A stretch of DNA of 64,000 bases from Raillietiella orientalis (Eukaryota), in assembly GCA_036172245.1 (NCBI GenBank), contig JAYWIR010000016.1, positions 2,480,001-2,544,000 on the forward strand, given 5' to 3'. Below the pieces are notes generated by a model. That model ran no database searches, was not told the DNA's origin, and saw nothing but the letters and a program-made list of their open reading frames with translations. Positions within the stretch are counted from its first letter, which is position 1; each line of letters begins with the position of its first letter. This document shows positions 62,368 to 64,000 of the stretch, in pieces. Position numbers and translations under genes: made by a program.

Positions 62368-64000
62368 GTGAGTCTCCAGGCGAGGAGGGACGACACCCCC
62401 TCAGTCTCCCCTCTGGCCCCGGACGGAGCGCGCGGATGGCGAGGGCGCCACAGGCTCCTGCGGGACAAAAGAGGAATATCTCCCTGAAGGGAGGAAGGAG
62501 AGAGGCGACGGATCTCTGGATCCGAGGTCGCTTCTCCGGGCCCGGGTCGATCGATCACTGTCGTCCGTGAGGGAGAATGGGGCTTAGCCTATGGGAACCG
62601 TCGATCTGGCGATAAAGTGGCGCTTTTGTGTGATGGGGGAGGGGACTGTGTGACCTTTGGCCAGAAGAGCGCTGCCAGAAGCCGCGGGGTAGGGGTGGAG
62701 GGACGCCTGTGACTTGTCTCCTCTTCCTCCCCTCCGTCCTCGACGAAGGAGGGCTGACAGGGGATGAAGTTCTTCCCGTCTGTCGCTGCCGGGAGCGTTC
62801 TGGACCAACACCGCCGCTCTCCTGTTCGCGAACGCCCGCCACCCGAGCGGCGGGCGCACTGGTTAAGTGGAACTCCCACCGGCACGGAAAACAAAAATGG
62901 AGCGCATGGTGGGGAATCCGCCGCAGGGTGTCTGCGGCGCCAAGAGCGTCCGCTCGCCCGCTTGAGGAGCGCTCCGACGCAGTCTCCCACCCACGTCTGC
63001 AGACGCCTCACGGCAGCGAGCGCCTGCCGGCGCGGAATCAGATCGGCAGATCGCGGAAGAGACCCCTAGGCATCGGAGAGGTGCGCGTTCCGATTTTGCG
63101 CATGCGCTCGGCACCTGGCACCCTCCGGGGCGCGTGGAGGTCCTGGAGGGCGTCCTCGGAATTCGTCCCGCCCTGGAGAACTCCCGCGCGCGCGCCGCGC
63201 CCCTCCTTGCTGGCTTGTGACGGATGGAGGAGCCACCCCTGGAGCTTGCTCGGTGGACGCCCCAGGTCGCGCGCGTGCAGGTCGCGTTCGCCGCCCTCTC
63301 TCACGCTCCGGGGCGCGTCCTCCTTCGTTCGACTCCCGAGACTCCGAAGTACCGGATGGGGGTGGGGCGGAATCCTGCGTGAAGCGCAGCCGCGTCGCTG
63401 CCATCCATGGAGGCCACTTCTCGCTTTCCGCACTCCCCTTCCCCTTCCCTTTCTGACTAGGCGAGGCGGGCATCTCCGGTTGCCAAGGGTCCCTCCTGGC
63501 TAGAGGTCCGATTTCCAGGAAGGCCAAGAAGACCCGCTGCGGTGGGAAATTTCGCAGCGGGTCTTATCGGTGCCTCCCCTCGGCGTCCGCAGTTCCAACG
63601 AACTGCCACAGAAGCGTCACCGCCAGGGAGGGATCGGTTGTCTCGGCTACGCCGCCTTCTCCGCTTCGAAAACCGGAGCGGGAGCCAGTGACGCGTGGTG
63701 CTCCAGCTCGGATAGAGTAGGAACTTCTGGGACATGACCACCCTCCCGCGGAGAGTGGGAGGCTGGACATCGGGGACCATCACGGTTTTCATAGGAGCGG
63801 GAACGCACCTACCCCCGGGCGGCAGGAATTCCCTCTTCTTCCTGCAGCTCCTGCACAGCAGCCTCAGTAGTTTCCGGGAAGGCAGGAAGGGATGGGATCG
63901 GAACTTTCGTCCTGCACTCCTCTGAGGCAGCCTCGCGACCCCGTCGTCGTGGGTACGGCGGGGTTGCCTGGTGTCTACCCGGGCGGACGAGGGGCAGTCG

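Noticed and set aside
1..64000. Hundreds of 60-360 aa ORFs in the six-frame track
   Set aside because: They overlap on all frames, are R/S/P/G-rich and show no domains, as expected from GC-rich, stop-poor DNA. Real coding sequence here is spliced.
62368..64000. Next ANKFN1 exon (linker/FN3)
   Set aside because: Phase-1 acceptor candidates near 63002, 63592 and 63847 give unrecognisable or stop-containing peptides. The exon probably lies beyond the window.

Overview
Eukaryotic (metazoan, probably arthropod) genomic DNA, GC-rich and full of purine/pyrimidine tracts. It has no prokaryotic gene organisation, and almost all ORFs in the supplied track are compositional noise. The only gene recognisable with confidence is a spliced + strand ANKFN1 / wide awake (wake)-like gene. 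Its phase-consistent GT-AG exons at 60267-60358, 62058-62136 and 62264-62367 encode KKKFDKLSKINIHVH-AMFAAIEHGQVEKLKTILSMTDVDVN-SMNREYFTPLDIAVMLGDLQMVNLLQSYGA (ankyrin repeats). The FN3 part presumably lies beyond the right edge. Candidate upstream exons at 9.4, 29, 32-34, 58 and 59 kb suggest most of the window is intron of this gene. The non-coding space holds about nine heavily decayed non-LTR retrotransposon (RT) relics, a foldback/MITE-like element, AT-rich islands and an abundant ~0.6-0.85 kb tRNA-headed SINE-like family (7 long copies, 2 partial) whose core is an array of short C(UUCG)G-type hairpins. Two copies form a 581-bp inverted repeat with one mismatch (43183-43763 / 49719-50299), nested inside a second ~106-bp inverted repeat pair. 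These repeat observations are the most unusual signals. No novel protein-coding system could be supported from the sequence alone.
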